This document shows positions 1 to 10,861 of a DNA stretch of 64,000 bases, in pieces; positions within the stretch are counted from its first letter, which is position 1; the number at the start of each line of letters is the position of its first letter. The stretch is from positions 2,528,001 to 2,592,000 of the forward strand of contig CAWGMQ010000010.1 of NCBI GenBank assembly GCA_963823665.1, in the 5' to 3' direction. The position numbers and the translations under genes were made by a program. This stretch comes from an uncultured Planctomycetota bacterium. Lineage in GTDB: Bacteria; Planctomycetota; Planctomycetia; Isosphaerales; Isosphaeraceae. The notes below the pieces were generated by a model that saw only the letters and a list, made by a program, of their open reading frames with translations, had not been told where the DNA came from and made no database searches.

Positions 1-459
1 GCCGCTCCCCGATATCAGGATGCCGAAACCCTGCGTAAAGCCGTTGACGTCGAGCCCGCGAACCGTGACGCCCGAGCCCCTGATCGTGAGCCCGTCGGCC
101 GTCCCCGCCTGGCTTCCGTTCAGCTCGATGACCGGGGTTCCGGAATACCCCCGCTGGGAGAAACCGTCGATCAAGATCGAATTCGTGATCGCCGGTAGCG
201 GCGAGGAAGGCTCGATCGTCCACGAGCTCGTCGTCGCGTTATAGCCTGGGTCCGAGGTCGGAATGTCGAAGTCAACCGTGTCGCCGTCCTGCGCATTCAT
301 GAGCGCGTAACGCAAAGATCCCGTGTCGCTCGAGGAATCGCTCGTATCGGTCACCGTAAGAACACTGAGCAGAGTCCGGTCTTCGAGCAACTCGAGTCGC
401 AGACGGCGACTCGCGCGGCGAATTCCTGGCCCAACCACAGGCGAGCTGCGAAACCGCAT
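1..459 (-). CDS. N-terminus of planctomycete extracellular/surface protein (runs off window)
   Basis: Manual translation from ATG at 459: MRFRSS...RLRLELLEDRTLLSVLTVTDTSDSSSDTGSLRYALMNA...; planctomycete extracellular motif followed by beta-helix-like sequence; not in ORF track. Confidence 0.85.
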   Translation of the reverse strand, partial: MRFRSSPVVGPGIRRASRRLRLELLEDRTLLSVLTVTDTSDSSSDTGSLRYALMNAQDGDTVDFDIPTSDPGYNATTSSWTIEPSSPLPAITNSILIDGFSQRGYSGTPVIELNGSQAGTADGLTIRGSGVTVRGLDVNGFTQGFGILISGSG

Positions 460-924
460 CGGTGATACTCCATCGTGACAAGGCAGCAAAAACGATACAT
501 CGCACCGTGGCACCGACATCGAGCACCAAGCGCGCGCCGCCGCGCGGAAGCGAAGCATCTCCGCAACGATGTGATCTCACCAGTCCTTCGACCCGCACAT
601 CTTCATGCCGGATCGATCACGTTCGTCTCGGTGTCTGCCTCGCGGGTGATCCTTTCCGTGTCGGTCCCTATTCCGGACTCTGCCATCGCGGCGCGCCGGG
701 TGACACATTATTCAAAAAATCAACAAAGTCAGGGCTCGGCGTCCTGTTTGGTTTGATTCGTGCCGAATCTTGATTCCGGTCCGTCCACCGCTAAGGAACG
801 GGCCGGAACCAAATTCCGTCGATTTACGTGAAGTGCGCCGCGGAGCGGCACAAAGACCGTTCCGACGCAGAGCGTCGGAACGAGGGCTTTCCGTCATGGT
901 AGGATTGAGACCGAAATCGGGAAG

Positions 925-3871
925 TTATTTCCGGCCTGTTCCTAAAACCCTGTTCGCCTCGGCCTCGAGCTCGATCAGAGTCCGGTCATTCGACGGTCGA
1001 CCGGCAATCCACGTCCGAGCGCGATTGAACCACTCTCGGGCCGTTTCGTGTTCTCCGGCGCGCCAGTGCGCCATCGCAAGATACAACCAGGCCCAAGGAT
1101 TGGGTCCCGGCGCCAGCGACAGTGATTTCTCGAACGCGACGATCGCCTGCCTGCAATCTCCGCCGCGATACTCCGCGACCCCGAGCGATTCCCACGCCGA
1201 TGCCTTTTGAGGCAGTCGGGCGACCCCTTGGCGCGCCAGCTCGAGCGCTCGGGTTCTATTGCGCACGCTCGGATCGGGGCAGCTTGCGAACAATTCGATC
1301 ATGCCTTCGGTCAGTCGGTCGTCTTCGCGAGATTCCGCCGCGGCTTTCTCGAACTCGTCGCGGGCCTGTCGGAATAGACCCGCCGCCTCCTCGTGCAGGC
1401 CGGCTTCATGCAACCGTGCGGCAAGAAAGTAGCTGCCCTGCGCCAGCACGCGGCGGTGAGTTGTCTCACCCGGCCGCTCCGCCACGAGCTTCGCGCACTG
1501 TCAAGCTCCGGCGAAAGGCGTCGAATGCCTCGCTATCACGTTCGAGTGCCAGGAGCGAATCGCCCAGCGCGGAGTAAACCCATCCCAGTCGCCGCTGGTG
1601 TTCGGCGACGTCGGGAAAATCGTCGATCAGCTTTTCGTGGATGGCGATCGCTCGCTCGAACAAAGGTACGGCCAGCCCTGCCTCCCCCTTGTTCTGAAGG
1701 ACCAGACCTAGATCGCACTGGTTGTGAGCCAGCCGCCCCTGAAAATCGGCGCGCCGCGGCTCGATCGCGATCAGCTTTTCTCGCAACCCCATCGCCACTC
1801 GAAGCTCCCGCTCCGCTTCGCTCAATTGTTGAGAACCAAGGTGTGCCCGGCCCAGCCAGTGCCGGATGTGGGCTTCATCATCCCAGTCACGGGAGTGCGG
1901 GGCGCCCAGCTCTCCCTTGAGCACCATCCAGACAGCCAGCGCCTTCCGGTCGTAATCGAGCGCCTCATCGAGACGCCCGGCGTCCATGAAAATGTTGCCC
2001 GCATCAATAAGTGCCCGGGCAAAGCGCCGCCGAAAGTCGGTGACCGCCGGAAAGTTGCGGGCGAGCGACTCCCGAATCGCCAGCTCGCGGCGCCGCTCGG
2101 CGATTGCTTCATCAAAGCGGCCGTCCAGGAAATGCGTAAGCCCGAGTAATCCGTGACTGTCGGCCAGGTCCTCCGCAAAAGCGGTATTCTCCGGCGCCTC
2201 GATGACCAGTTGGTCGAGTAGTCCGATCGCCTGCCTCAAGGGAGGTCCAGCTTCACCGCTCAAGCCAATGCCAAACATCGGCATCCGGTAGATTCGTGCA
2301 ACTCGCAGACACGCCCGAGCCGTCTCGTGCCGCAAAATTGGGTCGCCGCTCTTTTCCTTGATGAAGGCTTGATAGAACTCGAGCGCCTCGAGTAACAACT
2401 TTCGCCGCAGCTCCTCCGTCCGCGGCACATTGACCAGCTCCTCCGACGCTCGCGTGTACATTCGGTCTACCGCGGCCTGCGCCTTGCGCAGATTCGCCTC
2501 GGCCCGTCCTCTTTCCGCATCGGTCCGCGCTTGCTCTCTTTGAATTCGCAGGTTCGCGATCGCCAGCCCGGCAACCGCGAGCACCAGGGCCAGCGCGGTC
2601 GATGCGCTGGCCGTCACCACAATCGCCCGATGACGCCGGGACCATTTCCTGATCCGCAGCGCCCATGATGGCGGCTTCGCCTTGATGGGAATGTGGTCCA
2701 GGAATCGCCGCAGGTCCGCTGCCAGGTCCTGCGCCGTTTCGTACCGCCCATCAGGCTCCTTGCTCATCGCCTTCAGCAGAATCGTTTCGAGCTCCCGCGG
2801 AATGGCCGGATCGATCTTCCGCAGCGACTTGGGCGACTCATGCTGAAGCTTGCGCAAGACCTCCTGCCGGTCCTGACCGTCGACAGCGCGGCAAAGCGTG
2901 AGCACTTCGTAAAGCGTGGCCGCCAGCGAGTAGATGTCGGTGCGGTGATCGAGAACCCCGCGCTTCGAGAGCGCCTGTTCCGGGCTCATGTACCGCAGCG
3001 TTCCGATCATTTCTCCGGTGATCGTCAGCGCACTATCGTCCTGCAGCCGCGCCAGACCAAAGTCGCTGATCCATGCGTTCCCCTCGGCATCCAGCAGAAT
3101 GTTCGCCGGCTTGATATCGCGGTGCACGACGCCGAATCGGTGCGCGAAGTCAAGAGCCTCGGCAATCTGAATCCCCAGCCTGGCGACGGTGCGAAACCAC
3201 TCGGAGGCTCGCCCCGAAACCGCCGTCGAAGCCGTCCCACGGTCCAATCCACCCGGCAACAAGACGGTTGAGGAAATGGCGCCGGCGAGACGGGCCTCCT
3301 CCGGCCTCTGTCGCGCCCGAATGGCTTGCGCCAACGTCTGCCCTTCGATCAACTGCATCGCATAGTAATGAACGCCTCGCTCGCATCCAACCGAATAAAC
3401 CGGCACGATGTGCGTGTGATGAAGCTGAGCCGCCGCCTGGGCCTCGGCCTTGAACCGCCTGAGCTGCTCGGCATCAAGTGCGGCCGCCATCGGCAGCACC
3501 TTGAGCGCCACGCGCCGCCCCAGCGAAAGCTGCTCCGCCTCGTACACAACTCCCATGCCGCCACGACCCACCTCCTTCACGATCCGGAAATCGCCCAGCA
3601 GCCCGAGCCCAGCCTCGGGCTCTTCCACGATCCCCAGCAGTCGCGAGCGAGCCGGCGCCCCACGCCCGGCCGAGGTCCCGAGCTGAGCCATCAATTCCAT
3701 CGTCGGCAGTAATCGCCGCAGCGAGTCGGCGTGCTCGGGGTAGTGCGCCACAATCGCGTCGTAATCCACCGGCTCGCCCGCCTGAAGCCGGTTCGCCAGC
3801 TCCTCGAGCACATTGTCGAGGACCGCCTCGCCACTGCCTGACGAAACCCCGCTCTCAAGCGAAATCTTCAC
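925..3871 (-). CDS. Ser/Thr protein kinase with C-terminal TPR repeats (frameshift near 1470)
   Basis: GRGGMGVVY, HRDIKPANILL, DFGLA, GTLRYMSPEQ in ORF 1466..3871; TPR-like sequence continues in ORF 925..1485. Confidence 0.9.
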
Positions 3872-4504
3872 TCGCTTTCCCCCCCGGGCTCCACATCGAG
3901 TTGCTTCCGCAGTCGCTCGAGCGCGCGCCGGTGCCGCGTCTTCACGGCCGCCTCACCAATGCCCAGCACCGAGGCAGTCTCCGCCGTATTGAGCTGTTCC
4001 AGATAACGTAGCACCAGCACCTCTCGGTCCCTGGGTGGCAGCATCTCGATCGCCGCCTGCACCCGGACACGAAGCTCGTCCTCGAGCAGCCGCGCGCGCC
4101 GGACTCTTCGCCGAACGGGCCAATCGTTCCGTCAAAGCAGCCTCCGAGTCGGCGGGAAGGTCAAAAATCCGCAGCTCCTCCCGGTCCACGCTCCGCCGCT
4201 TCGCGTGTAAATGAAACCGATGAAGCTGAATCAGCCGCTCCCACGCAAACTGCCGCAGCCAGGGATAAAACGGAATCGGGCGAGTCTTGAGGTAATCACT
4301 AAGATTCCGCGCCGCGTCCGCCAAAGCATCTTGCACCACGTCAGACGGATCAACCCGGGCCGCCATCCGCCGATCGATGCGCAAGGCGACCATCTGCCGA
4401 AGCCGCGATCGATGCCGCGCCAGCAAGTCCTGGCGTGCAAGCGGATCACCCGCGCCGGCTCGATCAAGAAGTTCCTCGGTGTCGGGCTCACCCCCGGCCT
4501 TCAT
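3868..4504 (-). CDS. ECF RNA polymerase sigma factor (frameshift near 4090)
   Basis: MKAGGEPDTEELL...RVDPSDVVQDAL (region 2) and LPPRDREVLVLRYLEQLNTAETA (region 4) in two frames; overlaps kinase start. Confidence 0.88.
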
Positions 4505-4733
4505 CACGACCGCTCCTATCCGAGGCTCTGCAAGATGAACGACTTTGGTGACACATGTTGCCGAAAAACGACAATCTTTGCGCAAAGGCACGATTCCGCT
4601 CGTTTCGAGCGGAGGCAAGCTTGCACTCAGTCGAGACCCGCCGGCATTCCGCGCCAGGCGAATCCTACCGCCATCGTTGCCGGGAAGGGAAGCCGGCACC
4701 AGGATGTCCGCGGCGCAGGCGGAGTCCGGCCCC

Positions 4734-4810
4734 GAATTCGGAAAAGTGTCAGAATTCGGAAAAGTGTCAGGAACCTTTTCCCTTGGGAAAAAGGTTCCTG
4801 ACACCTTTTC
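4734..4810. repeat. REP-like palindrome with partial tandem duplication
   Basis: GAAAAGTGTCAGGAACCTTTTCCC-TTG-GGAAAAAGGTTCCTGACACCTTTTC hairpin preceded by duplicated GAATTCGGAAAAGTGTCA; immediately after pit stop. Confidence 0.75.
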
Positions 4811-4818
4811 GCCGAGCT

Positions 4819-5829
4819 TCATGCCGCAAGAGACAGATGCAGAAGCTGGCAGAAGGCCCAGGCGTGTGCCGCGCTGACCGGGATCGTCAGGACCCAAGCC
4901 CACATGATGCGAACGGTCACTCCCCATCGCACGGCTGATACTCGCCGGCTGGAGCCGACCCCCATGATCGCCCCGCTGAGCACGTGGGTCGTCGAGACGG
5001 GCATGCCCAGGTGCGAGGCGGCCAGGATTGTCAGCGCCGCGCTTGTCTCAGCCGCGAACCCGTCGACCGGCTTTAGCTCGATGATCTTCGTGCCCATCGT
5101 CTTGATGATCCGGACGCCCCCGGCCATCGTCCCCGCGCCCATCGCGACCGCGCAAGCCACCATGACCCAGAGCGGAACGTGGAAGTGCGCGCCCGCCTGC
5201 GAGTCGCCGGAATAGAGGGTCAGGCTCATCGCGATGATGCCCATCGTCTTCTGGGCGTCGTTGCTGCCGTGCGACAGAGCCATGAACCCGGCCGAGGCGA
5301 TCTGGAGGCGGCGGAAGGCCCACGACAAGCCGCGACGGGCTCCGCCCCGGCAAGCCCACACGATGGCGATCATCAGCGCGAAACCGAGGGCGAACCCCAC
5401 CAGCGGGCTGACGACGAGGCTCTCGATGACTTTGATCAGTCCCTCGGACCGGATCGAGCGGCCTCCAGCGTGCGCGAACGCAGAACCGACCAGGCCGCCG
5501 ACCAAGGCGTGGGACGAGGAGGACGGGATGCCGAAGTACCAGGTGACCAGGTTCCAGAAGGTCGCGCCCAGGAGCGCCGACAGGACGACGACCTGGGTGA
5601 CGGCGCCGGGCTCGATGAGCCCCTTGCCGATCGTCGCGGCCACGGCCGTGCCGGTCAGGGCGCCGGCGAAGTTCAGCAGCGCGGCGAGCAGGATCGCCGT
5701 GCGCAGCGGCAGCACGCCGGTGCTCACGACGGTCGCCACGGCATTGGCTGCGTCGTGAAAGCCGTTGATGTAGTCGAACGCCAGCGCGGCGACGACGACC
5801 AGGACGAGGATCAGCAGGGCGGAGTTCAA
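4819..5829 (-). CDS. pit: Inorganic phosphate transporter, PiT family
   Basis: NGFHDAANAVAT, PSSSSHALVG, HGSNDAQKTMG, PVSTTH motifs. Confidence 0.95.
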   Translation of the reverse strand: MNSALLILVLVVVAALAFDYINGFHDAANAVATVVSTGVLPLRTAILLAALLNFAGALTGTAVAATIGKGLIEPGAVTQVVVLSALLGATFWNLVTWYFGIPSSSSHALVGGLVGSAFAHAGGRSIRSEGLIKVIESLVVSPLVGFALGFALMIAIVWACRGGARRGLSWAFRRLQIASAGFMALSHGSNDAQKTMGIIAMSLTLYSGDSQAGAHFHVPLWVMVACAVAMGAGTMAGGVRIIKTMGTKIIELKPVDGFAAETSAALTILAASHLGMPVSTTHVLSGAIMGVGSSRRVSAVRWGVTVRIMWAWVLTIPVSAAHAWAFCQLLHLSLAA

Positions 5830-5838
5830 CGGCCGGCC

Positions 5839-6505
5839 TCAGGCGTTCTTGATGACGATGGTCCGCAGGGCGCCGCCGACGTCTTCACAGGCGTCGAGCG
5901 TGCGCTCGAGTCCCTCGAGGAACTCCTTGTGCTTGATGAGCCGGATGGCGTCGGTCTCAGTCCGAAACATCGTGGCGAGCTGCGTGCGATAGATGCGATC
6001 GCCCTCGCTTTCCAGGCGGTCGAGCAACTCGCAGCGCTCTCGGATAGCGGCTGGGTTCTTCATGTCGCGGAGACCAGCCACGGCCGTCTGAATGACTTCG
6101 CACGCCTGGAGGACCAAGGCCGCCAGCTCGCGGCTGCCCCCGGGAAGGTCTTCCATCGCGTGCACGACGAATTGCAAGGCCGTGGCGAATACGGCGTCAG
6201 CGACCTCTTCGAGGGACACGGCCAGGGCGTAGATGTCGGAGCGATCCAGGGGAGTGACAAACGTTCGGTTGAGCGCCTCGTAGACGTCAGCGATGACGCG
6301 GTCGGCCTCATGCTCGACCTGGTGAATTCTCTCAACGATCGCCTCTCGGTCGGCAGTAGGACGTGGCGGCGCAACAGTCGGCGAGCAGGGCGCTGATCTC
6401 GTGAGCACGGGCAGCGCCGCGCTCGATCAGGTCGAAGAAATGCGTCTCCCTCGGAAGCAACCACTTTACCGCCCGGTCGATCCACATCGTTGATTTCTCG
6501 ACCAT
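5839..6505 (-). CDS. DUF47/PhoU-like phosphate transport regulator (frameshift near 6360)
   Basis: VEHEAD...FVTPLDRSDI...LESEGD; N-terminus WLLPRETHFFDLIE in another frame; upstream of pit. Confidence 0.88.
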
Positions 6506-6652
6506 TCATTTCATTCTCGGGCCTCGAGCCCCGCCGGCCGGCCGGCGGCTCTGCCCCATTCATGATTGGCGGCGAGCCCGTACTATCTTGCGCGGCATTC
6601 GAAGCCGCGGCCAGGGGGAGGAATTACGTGGTGAATCCTGACGATGAGGAGA

Positions 6653-6805
6653 GGGATGTTTGACACCCGCCTCGTGCGGAGCGTCGAAGACTCGCCTTAT
6701 GCGTGTTCGAAATGACCGGAGGGGCCGTGGTGTTGCGGCGAACGTGCGAGCCGCGCATGAATGGATGCGGGGGACCGTCACAAATGGGTGGGGGTCTGGA
6801 AGCCC
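6653..6805 (+). repeat. 153 bp MITE/REPIN-like element, copy A
   Basis: GGGATGTTTGACACCCGCC...GGGTGGGGGTCTGGAAGCCC; colinear with 9667..9819. Confidence 0.85.
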
Positions 6806-6849
6806 TCTGATCGAACGGCGCTTACAAGCCGATCCATCGCGCATGTTCA

Positions 6850-7452
6850 TTAGCGGGCCAAAGCGAAAATCCTCTGCACGAATGCCTTGAGCTCTGGGCA
6901 CGCGCTGATCGAGACGCACAAGTCTTCGCCCTCAAGTATCCGGCCGGCGTCGCGTGCCTTGACATACCTTCGTTTTTTCGAACCCGTCAGAAACACTTCT
7001 TGCAAGATGTACGCAGGTGACTTGTCGTGGTTCACCTTCTCCGGAGACGAACCTGGAGACTTACGGTTGCTTCCGGCTAGCTTGCTGATCTTCTCCCAGT
7101 ACGGCAGCAGCCACGCCTCGAAATCATGCAATGCCACATGGGGATGGAATCGTTTCTCGTCGCCAACCCATTCGCGCATTTTTCGCTTTGCATCTTCCGC
7201 CGTCAGGAATTCGGGCGGCGTGGTTCCGGTGTAAACATCCGTCAGCGCGATCACGGCATCGGCCTTTCGCTTCCGATCATTCAGGAGGTTTGCGACGATT
7301 CGTTTCAGCTTGTCACCAGTCGGGATCCGGCCGTCGTGAGGCACGAAGTCCAGCTTCGGCATCTTACCCGCCAGGTGCTTCCGTAAATACGCGATCAGAT
7401 GCGGCCTGAAGGCCGTTTCGGTTTTTCCTTCGACGAGAATGGCAATTCTCAT
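6850..7452 (-). CDS. DUF4276-like (TOPRIM-type) protein
   Basis: MRIAILVEGKTE...LTDVY...HDFEAWLL...SPEKVN...CPELKAF; ATGA overlap with ATPase gene. Confidence 0.8.
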   Translation of the reverse strand: MRIAILVEGKTETAFRPHLIAYLRKHLAGKMPKLDFVPHDGRIPTGDKLKRIVANLLNDRKRKADAVIALTDVYTGTTPPEFLTAEDAKRKMREWVGDEKRFHPHVALHDFEAWLLPYWEKISKLAGSNRKSPGSSPEKVNHDKSPAYILQEVFLTGSKKRRYVKARDAGRILEGEDLCVSISACPELKAFVQRIFALAR

Positions 7453-8621
7453 GGACGGGCCCCGATACGGCCCATGCGCCACACCTCGTCCAGAGTATAC
7501 TCCGCAAGCCACTGGTCGAGGTCGAGGTCATCAGCCCGCGTGACGGTCGTCGCACCGTCCTCACCGACGTCCATGGCCAGCACCTCCGATGGGTTGAGGA
7601 ATCGGATTAGCCGGTCCGCATGGGTGGCGACGACGAGCTGCGTGCGTCCGGATGCTTCGCGTAATAAGTCTGCCAGCAACGAGAGCAGCTCCGGATGCAA
7701 GCTCACCTCTGGCTCGTCAATCATCGTCATGGCCGTCAGTCCGGGACTTTGCAGCAGCGTCGCCAGCCAGAGAAAGCGCAGCGTGCCTTCAGAAAGTTGA
7801 TGCATGAAGAATGGATTCTTGCTCGTCGTTTCCTTCCAGGTCATCGCCAGCGTGCCCGCGGCCACCGGCGGAAAGTTGAGCCGCTCAAAGCTCGGGAACC
7901 CGGTGCGCAGGGTGGCCTCAATCGTCTCGAATCGATCCGGCTCCGTTTCTTTGATCGTGAACAAGCAGGAAACAAGGTCCTCGCCGTCGTGCCCTGGCAA
8001 TTGCGCGTTTCGCAGCGGTTGGGGCAGCCGGATTGGAGCACGGGGGCCGACGTCCAGGACGTGATAATGGGTCGACGAGGCCAAACACCGGCGAAAGTCC
8101 TCGGGCTCCCGAAACATCTTGGGAACCTGCGACAGGGCTGACTCGGTCGGGTCGTAAGCCCAGTTCGGCCGGACTAACCCCTTCTTTGTTCCGTTGCGCT
8201 CGAAATAGCGGACGTCACCATGCTGAGCCTGGATGTATCTCAGAGGCGGTGGTTTCGCGCCAATTTGCTGAACGAGCGACTCATCTGAAATCTCGTACGC
8301 TGTTCCCTGTGGAGTCATCGCGAGTCGGTACTCAATGGGACGATTGCCCGGCACGCCCATTGTCAGGTCAAACGACATGTCGCGTGCCTTTCCACCCTTC
8401 ACCGCCGCGAGGCTCGCCAGGTTCGCGTCGATGCCGCTCAGTGCACTCATCGCTCCTTTCAGCGTGCCGGATGCGGAGGCTGCCAGGAGCGACAGCACGT
8501 CCAACAAGGATGTCTTTCCACTGCCGTTTGCGCCGATGACGACGTTGAGCGGCTTCAGGATGATGTCGAGGTCGCTCAGGCGACGGAAACCCGCGACGTG
8601 GATCTTCTCAAAGGACTTCAT
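7449..8621 (-). CDS. ABC/AAA_21-type ATPase
   Basis: Walker A GANGSGKT, signature LSEGT, Walker B IDEPEVSLHP, ATH. Confidence 0.92.
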   Translation of the reverse strand: MKSFEKIHVAGFRRLSDLDIILKPLNVVIGANGSGKTSLLDVLSLLAASASGTLKGAMSALSGIDANLASLAAVKGGKARDMSFDLTMGVPGNRPIEYRLAMTPQGTAYEISDESLVQQIGAKPPPLRYIQAQHGDVRYFERNGTKKGLVRPNWAYDPTESALSQVPKMFREPEDFRRCLASSTHYHVLDVGPRAPIRLPQPLRNAQLPGHDGEDLVSCLFTIKETEPDRFETIEATLRTGFPSFERLNFPPVAAGTLAMTWKETTSKNPFFMHQLSEGTLRFLWLATLLQSPGLTAMTMIDEPEVSLHPELLSLLADLLREASGRTQLVVATHADRLIRFLNPSEVLAMDVGEDGATTVTRADDLDLDQWLAEYTLDEVWRMGRIGARP

Positions 8622-8663
8622 GACTGGTTTCCTGTCGAATCGGGCGGATGCGATTTCGCGCGG

Positions 8664-9002
8664 TTACATAAGATTCGAGCGTCGTTCCACCCCGACGGAA
8701 CCTATCACAATCCGCGCAAAATGGTCGGCGGTAGCCCTCGGTTCAAACATGCAACTATAGGCGCACCGGCCCAGAAAGGCATCCTGCAATTCGGGCAAAA
8801 AGTCGGTCCAGTAGCTCGGCGGCCGGAGCGTTCGCCGCTTGGTGTCGGTCAAGTCCCGCCAGTTCGGTCCCTTGCCCTTGATCCAGGCAAGACCCCGTTT
8901 TCGGCATCGCTCGTCGCCGGTGAAGACGTTGGGTCGATTCGAGAGTTCGACTTCGAGTTTTCGCGCCGGCCCGAGGTCTTCCAGGCGGAGGCTCCTCAGC
9001 AT
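8664..9002 (-). pseudogene. Chimeric remnant: ATPase N-terminus joined to HNH nuclease fragment
   Basis: MLRSLRLEDLGPARKLEVELSNRPNVFTGD stops at the Walker A position, then ...FLGRCAYSCMFEPRATADHF. Confidence 0.6.
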
Positions 9003-9165
9003 TTCACGATCCCCTTCCTCCGCAACAGTTTCCCCATCGACGACCACTCGTACTTCCCTTCGACCAACTCTTCCCAGTAGTTCTTGGCTTCTTTCCGGGG
9101 GACGGGCTTGTGGAGCGGCGCGATGTTCAGGACGACGCCGTCGTCGAGATCGGGGTCATATTTTG
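8996..9165 (-). pseudogene. C-terminal fragment of PglX/Eco57I-like methyltransferase
   Basis: YDPDLDDGVVLNIAPLH...YWEELVEGKYEWSSM resembles the C-terminus of BREX/type IIG-like methylases. Confidence 0.6.
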
Positions 9166-9666
9166 CGCTGCTTTCGCTTCCAATCAAGTCTCCCTTGACG
9201 TTTCCATCATTCTACACCGCCTCCGCGCTCGGGAGGAGTTCATGGCCTTTGGCGTACGGGAATCGCCGGCAGTGTAGCGGGTCGCCGGAGACTGGCGCGA
9301 CAAGGCGGGCTCGCCATTGCGGAACCGACGGCCGGTGTGGTCGAGCGTGAGTAGGTAGCTGCCGAGCGAGAAGCCCTCGCGCGTTCGTTCACGTGGTGGA
9401 CCGGACTTGCGTTTGCTTTCGACCGGGCGGATGCGGATTGATTCCGGATGCTGGCGTCGGTGGGCGGCTGCTGGATTGAATCGAAATCTGGGGCTGGGCC
9501 GCGTGGATTGGGGTGAGGAGCGAGGTGAACTACCGTTGCCGTGGCCGGCGCGTATTCAGTTTTGAACATAAGGTAACTGAGATAACGAAGTGGGAGACGA
9601 GAGGCTGACGGGGAGGTAGGGCGGGCCGGAGTTTGGATTGTTTCTGGTCGACCAGGAACGCGATCA

Positions 9667-9819
9667 GGGATGTTAGACACCCGCCTCTTGCGGAGCGTCG
9701 AACACTCGCCTAATGCGTGTTGGAAATGACCGGAGGGACCGTAGTGTTGCGCCGAACGTGCGAGCCGCGCATGAATGGATGCGGGGGACCGTCAGAAATG
9801 GGTGGGTGGCTGGAATCCC
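9667..9819 (+). repeat. 153 bp MITE/REPIN-like element, copy B
   Basis: GGGATGTTAGACACCCGCC...GGGTGGGTGGCTGGAATCCC. Confidence 0.85.
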
Positions 9820-10000
9820 TTGCGCCATCAGGACTTCGCGGCAGCGTCTTTGGGCAGTCCGAATCGCTTCTTGGCCAACGCGATCTCGTCCACGAGCCGA
9901 CAGTGAAAGCGAGCTTCCACGTTGTCAGACTCAATTCGATTGCCATGCAGAGCGCGGGTGCTTGCGGGAAGGTAGACTGAGTTTCGTGGGTCGCTGACAT
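9820..10000 (-). pseudogene. IS110-family transposase N-terminal fragment
   Basis: LCMAIELSLTTWKLAF and, in another frame, DEIALAKKRFGLPKDAAAKS; ends at repeat copy B. Confidence 0.65.
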
Positions 10001-10087
10001 GGGTAAGCTCCTTGAGAACAGGTTTGGAACACCAACCGGAGCTTATCCTCAGCGACTCACGTAAGCCCGCCCTACGGCATGGTATCT

Positions 10088-10524
10088 GAACTCAGTAGAC
10101 CCCACGGGGTCAGTGTACCGCAGCTCATCGCGACTTTGGCGCGATACCTGATCGGCTGGCGAGGCTACTTCGGCTTCTGCCAGACACCGATCGTGCTGCG
10201 GAATCTAGGGCCTGGATTCGTCGCCGATTATGCATGTATATCTGGCGCCAGTGGAAGAAGGGGCCAACACGGCACGCTCGACTGCGCCGGCGAGGTGTAT
10301 CCCACTTTCATGCGGCGGTTGCTACCGGATCCGAATCTGGGTACTGGCGCACGGCTCGCCATGTGACAGTGCAGCGGGCACGATCCAACGCCTTCTTCGA
10401 CTCGGTCGGTCTTCCTCGGCTGGCGGCATCGTCGACCGTCTGACTCGATTGAACCGCCGTGGTACGGACCCGTATGCCCGGTGGTGTGGGCGGAAGGAGC
10501 CGCGAGGCTCCCCCCGATCCCGAT
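10088..10524 (+). mobile_element. 3' fragment of group II intron (IIC-like): maturase C-terminus plus domains V-VI
   Basis: LARYLIGWRGYFG...WRQWK; DV GAACCGCCGTGGTACGGACCCGTATGCCCGGTGGTGT; ends ATCCCGAT. Confidence 0.85.
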
Positions 10525-10861
10525 CAATCCCGCCATATTGTGAATACTCGGTGTCTCTGCCCCGCGTCAAAATATGATGAACAACGAGAGGAGCTCAAAC
10601 GTAGCGCACGCGAGGCAAAAAATGCCGACGAGATCAAAATACTTAGACGAGGCCCTTTTCTGTAAAAAATAGAATGCAGCGAAATAAATTATAGATATAT
10701 TCATTAATTCCACGCAGCGCAGAACGAGCGCGGTCGTGCTGTGCGCACGCACGAAATCGCGGTCGAATGCGAGCCCGCGCAAACAGGCGTTAGCGATCAC
10801 CAAAGTGCAAGCGCCGGCCGCCGCGACCTTGCGCATTTCAGTACCTCCGGGGCTTTCTTTG

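Noticed and set aside
5179..6396. Long antisense ORFs (also 49141..50184, 52415..53473)
   Set aside because: Shadow frames of well-supported opposite-strand genes in GC-rich DNA
9667..9819. Repeat as an integron attC site because of GTTAGAC
   Set aside because: RYYYAAC...GTTRRRY order is not met, the triplet varies between copies, and no IntI is present
10088..10524. Retron or DGR reverse transcriptase
   Set aside because: Only a maturase tail followed by group II DV/DVI; no RT core and no adenine-biased repeat pair
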